DNA from: a virus
Taxonomy: Duplodnaviria; Caudoviricetes
IMG/VR virus record: IMGVR_UViG_2684623126_000004
DNA: 64,000 nucleotides
Direction: 5' to 3' (one strand)
Shown here one piece after another: positions 61,433 to 64,000 of this stretch. Position 1 is the stretch's first letter. Each line of letters opens with the position of its first letter. A model generated the notes under the pieces. The model saw only the letters and a program-made list of their open reading frames with translations, was not told the DNA's origin and ran no database searches. A program made the position numbers and the translations under genes.

Positions 61433-63664
61433 ATGCTGCGCCCGCAACTCGCCCTGCCGTTCCCCGGAGAACTCATCATCGACAACTTCGCCGGTGGCGG
61501 CGGCACCAGCACCGGACTGGAAGCAGCCTTCGGGCGCCCCGTGGACATCGCCATCAACCACGACCCCGAAGCTCTGGCGATGCACGCGATCAACCACCCT
61601 TACACCAAGCACCTCTGCGAGAGCGTATGGGATGTGGATCCCATCGAAGTAACCGGCAACCAGCCGGTGGGCCTGGTCTGGCTTTCGCCGGACTGCAAGC
61701 ACTTCTCGAAGGCGAAGGGCGGAACGCCTGTTTCCAAGGAGATTCGCGGACTGGCCTGGGTCACGATGCGCTGGGCTGCGCTCTGCCGCCCGCGCGTCAT
61801 CATGTTGGAGAACGTCGAGGAATTTCAGACCTGGGGGCCGGTCATCGTCGGAGAGGACGGCAAGCTCTACCCCGACCCGAAGCGCAAGGGCAAGACCTTC
61901 GATAGCTTCATCCGGCAGTTGCGCCAGCACGGCTACAAAGTGGACTGGCGTGAAATGCGCGCGTGCGACAACGGCGCCCCGACTATTCGCAAGCGCCTCT
62001 TCCTGGTGGCGCGCCGCGACGGCCTGCCCATCATCTGGCCCGAGCAGACCCACGGCGAGCCGACCTCGCGCGAAGTGCTGGCCGGCTCCCTGGCCCCGTA
62101 CCGCACTGCCGCCGAGTGCATCGACTTCAGCCTGCCCGCCGAGAGCATCTTCGACCGCAAGAAGCCCTTGGCCGTGAATACCCAGCGGCGCGTCGCCAAG
62201 GGCCTGTACCGCCACGTCCTGACGAGCGCCAAGCCGTTCATCGTCACCAACACCACCGAGCACTCCGGCGCGGCTGCCGATGAACCGCTGCCGACCGTGA
62301 CGACCGGCAATCACCACATGCTGGGCGCGCCCGTGCTCGCCCCGTTCATGGCTGGTGCCGGCGGCCCAGCCTATTCCGGCAAACCCGTGGCTGCAAACCA
62401 GCCGTTCGGCACGCTCACCACGGAGAACCACCGCGCCATCGTGGCGCCGGCCCTGGTGCCGTTCCTCACCGAGCACGCCAACGCCAGCAACCAGCGCACC
62501 ATGCCCGCCGACGCGCCGCTGCGCACCGTCTGCGCCCAGGTGAAGGGCGGCCACTTCTCCGTCGTCGCCCCGACCTTGGCCCCGCTGCGCGGCACCAGCG
62601 ATGCCCACATGGGCGGTCATAGCATCGAGCAGCCGCTTTCGACTATCTCCGCCGGCGGCACGCACCATGCGATGGTAGGCGCGCACCTCGTCACCATCGG
62701 CTACGGCGAACGCGAGGGCCAGCAGCCGCGCGTGCAGGACATCGAGGCCCCACTGGGAACCGTCGTAGCTGGTGGGGTGAAGCAGGCCCTGGTGGCCGCG
62801 CATCTGGCCCACCTGACGCACCACGGCGAGCGCGCTGGAACGACGCCGGCGGAGCCCTTGCCGACGGTCACGGGCGCACATCGTGGCGAGCAGGCCCTGA
62901 TCGTCGCCAACCTGGTGGATATGGGGCATGGCGAATCGTGCAGCACCGGCGCGAAGCGGTGGAGCAACGGCGTCCGCTCCCTGGAAACTCCGCTCAATTC
63001 GGTTACGGCCAGCAGCGTCCCGAGCGCCCTGGCGTCGGCCTTTTTCGAGCAGGCCAACGGCGGGTTCTACGACGGCTCTGGGCGGGCTGCGGAAGCGCCC
63101 ATGTCCACCATCACCTCGTCGGGCAGCAATCAGCAGTTGGTAACGGCCTACCTGGTCAAGTATTACAGCAGCGGCGGCCAGTGGCAGAAGGCGGACGAAC
63201 CGATGCACACTCTGCCGACCAAGGGCCGTATGGGCCTGGTGCAGTCGGTGCAGGTGCCGGCGGACTGCTTGTCACCGGAACATCGGGCGAAGGCCCGCCG
63301 CTGCGCCGAACTGCTGCATGAACATCTGCCCGAGCACTTCCCAGAGCCCGCCGACCTGGTGCTGATGAGCTACGACGGCATCTGGTGGGTGCTGGTGGAC
63401 ATCACGCTGCGGATGCTGAAAGCGCGCGAGCTGTACCGCGCCCAGGCGTTCCCCGACAGCTACATCATCCACGAGATCCCCGACCCGCTGCTGCTCTTCA
63501 AGGAGGGCGTGCAGGTTGCCGACCCCTTGGCTATCCCCCGCGTCCCGCTGACCGTCACCGCACAGGTTCGCATGTGCGGAAACAGCGTGTCGCCGGCGCA
63601 GGCCGAGGCCCTTGTGCGGGCCAACTTCCGCCACGAAGCGGCCTTCATGGGGCAAGTCGCGTAA
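61433..63664 (+). CDS. C5-cytosine DNA methyltransferase with expanded repetitive variable region
   Basis: DNFAGGGG (motif I), SPDC (IV), ENV (VI), RKRLF (VIII), CGNSV (X); AAGGAG SD before ATG 61433. Confidence 0.9.
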   Translation: MLRPQLALPFPGELIIDNFAGGGGTSTGLEAAFGRPVDIAINHDPEALAMHAINHPYTKHLCESVWDVDPIEVTGNQPVGLVWLSPDCKHFSKAKGGTPVSKEIRGLAWVTMRWAALCRPRVIMLENVEEFQTWGPVIVGEDGKLYPDPKRKGKTFDSFIRQLRQHGYKVDWREMRACDNGAPTIRKRLFLVARRDGLPIIWPEQTHGEPTSREVLAGSLAPYRTAAECIDFSLPAESIFDRKKPLAVNTQRRVAKGLYRHVLTSAKPFIVTNTTEHSGAAADEPLPTVTTGNHHMLGAPVLAPFMAGAGGPAYSGKPVAANQPFGTLTTENHRAIVAPALVPFLTEHANASNQRTMPADAPLRTVCAQVKGGHFSVVAPTLAPLRGTSDAHMGGHSIEQPLSTISAGGTHHAMVGAHLVTIGYGEREGQQPRVQDIEAPLGTVVAGGVKQALVAAHLAHLTHHGERAGTTPAEPLPTVTGAHRGEQALIVANLVDMGHGESCSTGAKRWSNGVRSLETPLNSVTASSVPSALASAFFEQANGGFYDGSGRAAEAPMSTITSSGSNQQLVTAYLVKYYSSGGQWQKADEPMHTLPTKGRMGLVQSVQVPADCLSPEHRAKARRCAELLHEHLPEHFPEPADLVLMSYDGIWWVLVDITLRMLKARELYRAQAFPDSYIIHEIPDPLLLFKEGVQVADPLAIPRVPLTVTAQVRMCGNSVSPAQAEALVRANFRHEAAFMGQVA

Positions 63665-63748
63665 TCGGAAATCATGGCCCGCTGGTGCCCAGCACGTTTG
63701 CAATCATGGGCATCAGCAGGCAACTACACGAACTATAAGGATTCCGAA

Positions 63749-64000
63749 ATGACCGAAACAAAGAATGAAGCAGGCGCGGGCCAAGAAGGCCAGCGCATCT
63801 ACAGCCACGAGCAAGTCCTCGCCAAGGTGCCCATGTGCGCCCGAACCATCCTGAATATGGAAAAGCGCAGCGAGTTCCCCCGTCGCTTCCGCGTGTCGCC
63901 GCGCCGCGTGGGCTGGGATGCCGACGAGGTGGAAGCGTGGATTGCTGCCCGCAAGAAAGAGCGTCAGCAGGCCGCCGCGCCCGGCGCCAAGACTGCGTAA
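63749..64000 (+). CDS. AlpA-family excisionase/regulator
   Basis: VLAKVPMCARTILNMEKRSEFPRRFRVSPRRVGW..EVEAWI; AAGGA SD. Confidence 0.8.
   Translation: MTETKNEAGAGQEGQRIYSHEQVLAKVPMCARTILNMEKRSEFPRRFRVSPRRVGWDADEVEAWIAARKKERQQAAAPGAKTA

Larger units (their letters stand above)
1..64000. mobile_element. Temperate myophage/prophage (P1-type virion module with lambdoid control and replication), incomplete in this window
   Basis: Every recognisable gene is phage-type; two divergent arms around a cI/cro switch; no host housekeeping genes. Confidence 0.9.

Noticed and set aside
1-64000. CRISPR array, IS element, integrase, tail fibre, reverse transcriptase
   Set aside because: None was seen. The repeats found are operators, iterons, pac-like hexamers or coding duplications. 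Integrase and fibre genes probably lie outside the window.

Overview
The window is about 64 kb of a high-GC temperate myophage (prophage), probably from a Betaproteobacterium (inferred from GC content and gene families). It is cut at both ends: the tape-measure gene runs off the left edge, and an AlpA-type excisionase sits at the right edge. No integrase or tail-fibre gene is visible. The left arm (1-43.3 kb, minus strand) has a lambdoid cro-cII-O-like-DnaC-like early/replication block with two orphan DNA methyltransferases and nin-like nucleases. This is followed by a P1-type virion module: PacA/PacB terminase, DdrA-like protein, prohead protease, 560-aa major capsid protein, sheath, tube, hub, spike, a five-gene lysis cassette and portal. 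It also holds a contiguous capsid-delivered antirestriction cassette hdf-orf-darA-darB-ulx. The right arm (43.4-64 kb, plus strand) has a short CI lacking a peptidase domain, two unknown genes in the rexAB position, and a PL-like promoter with a long structured leader. After these come a KTSC protein, an atypical initiator-type tRNA-Met(CAT), a DGR-target-like CLec gene with no TR or RT in the window, a recombination pair, many small accessory genes, SSB and a C5 methyltransferase. Read directly from the DNA: 13-bp operators spaced 24 bp apart, a late-promoter motif GGAAAA(C/A)-N28-TAnnnT at six exact sites, probable leaderless transcripts, a pac-like hexamer cluster, and three frameshifted accessory genes. 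The head proteins share a recurring [LF]D[SA] motif that may be the protease cleavage site. Assignments to P1 genes rest on recalled P1 sequences and motifs, not on database searches.
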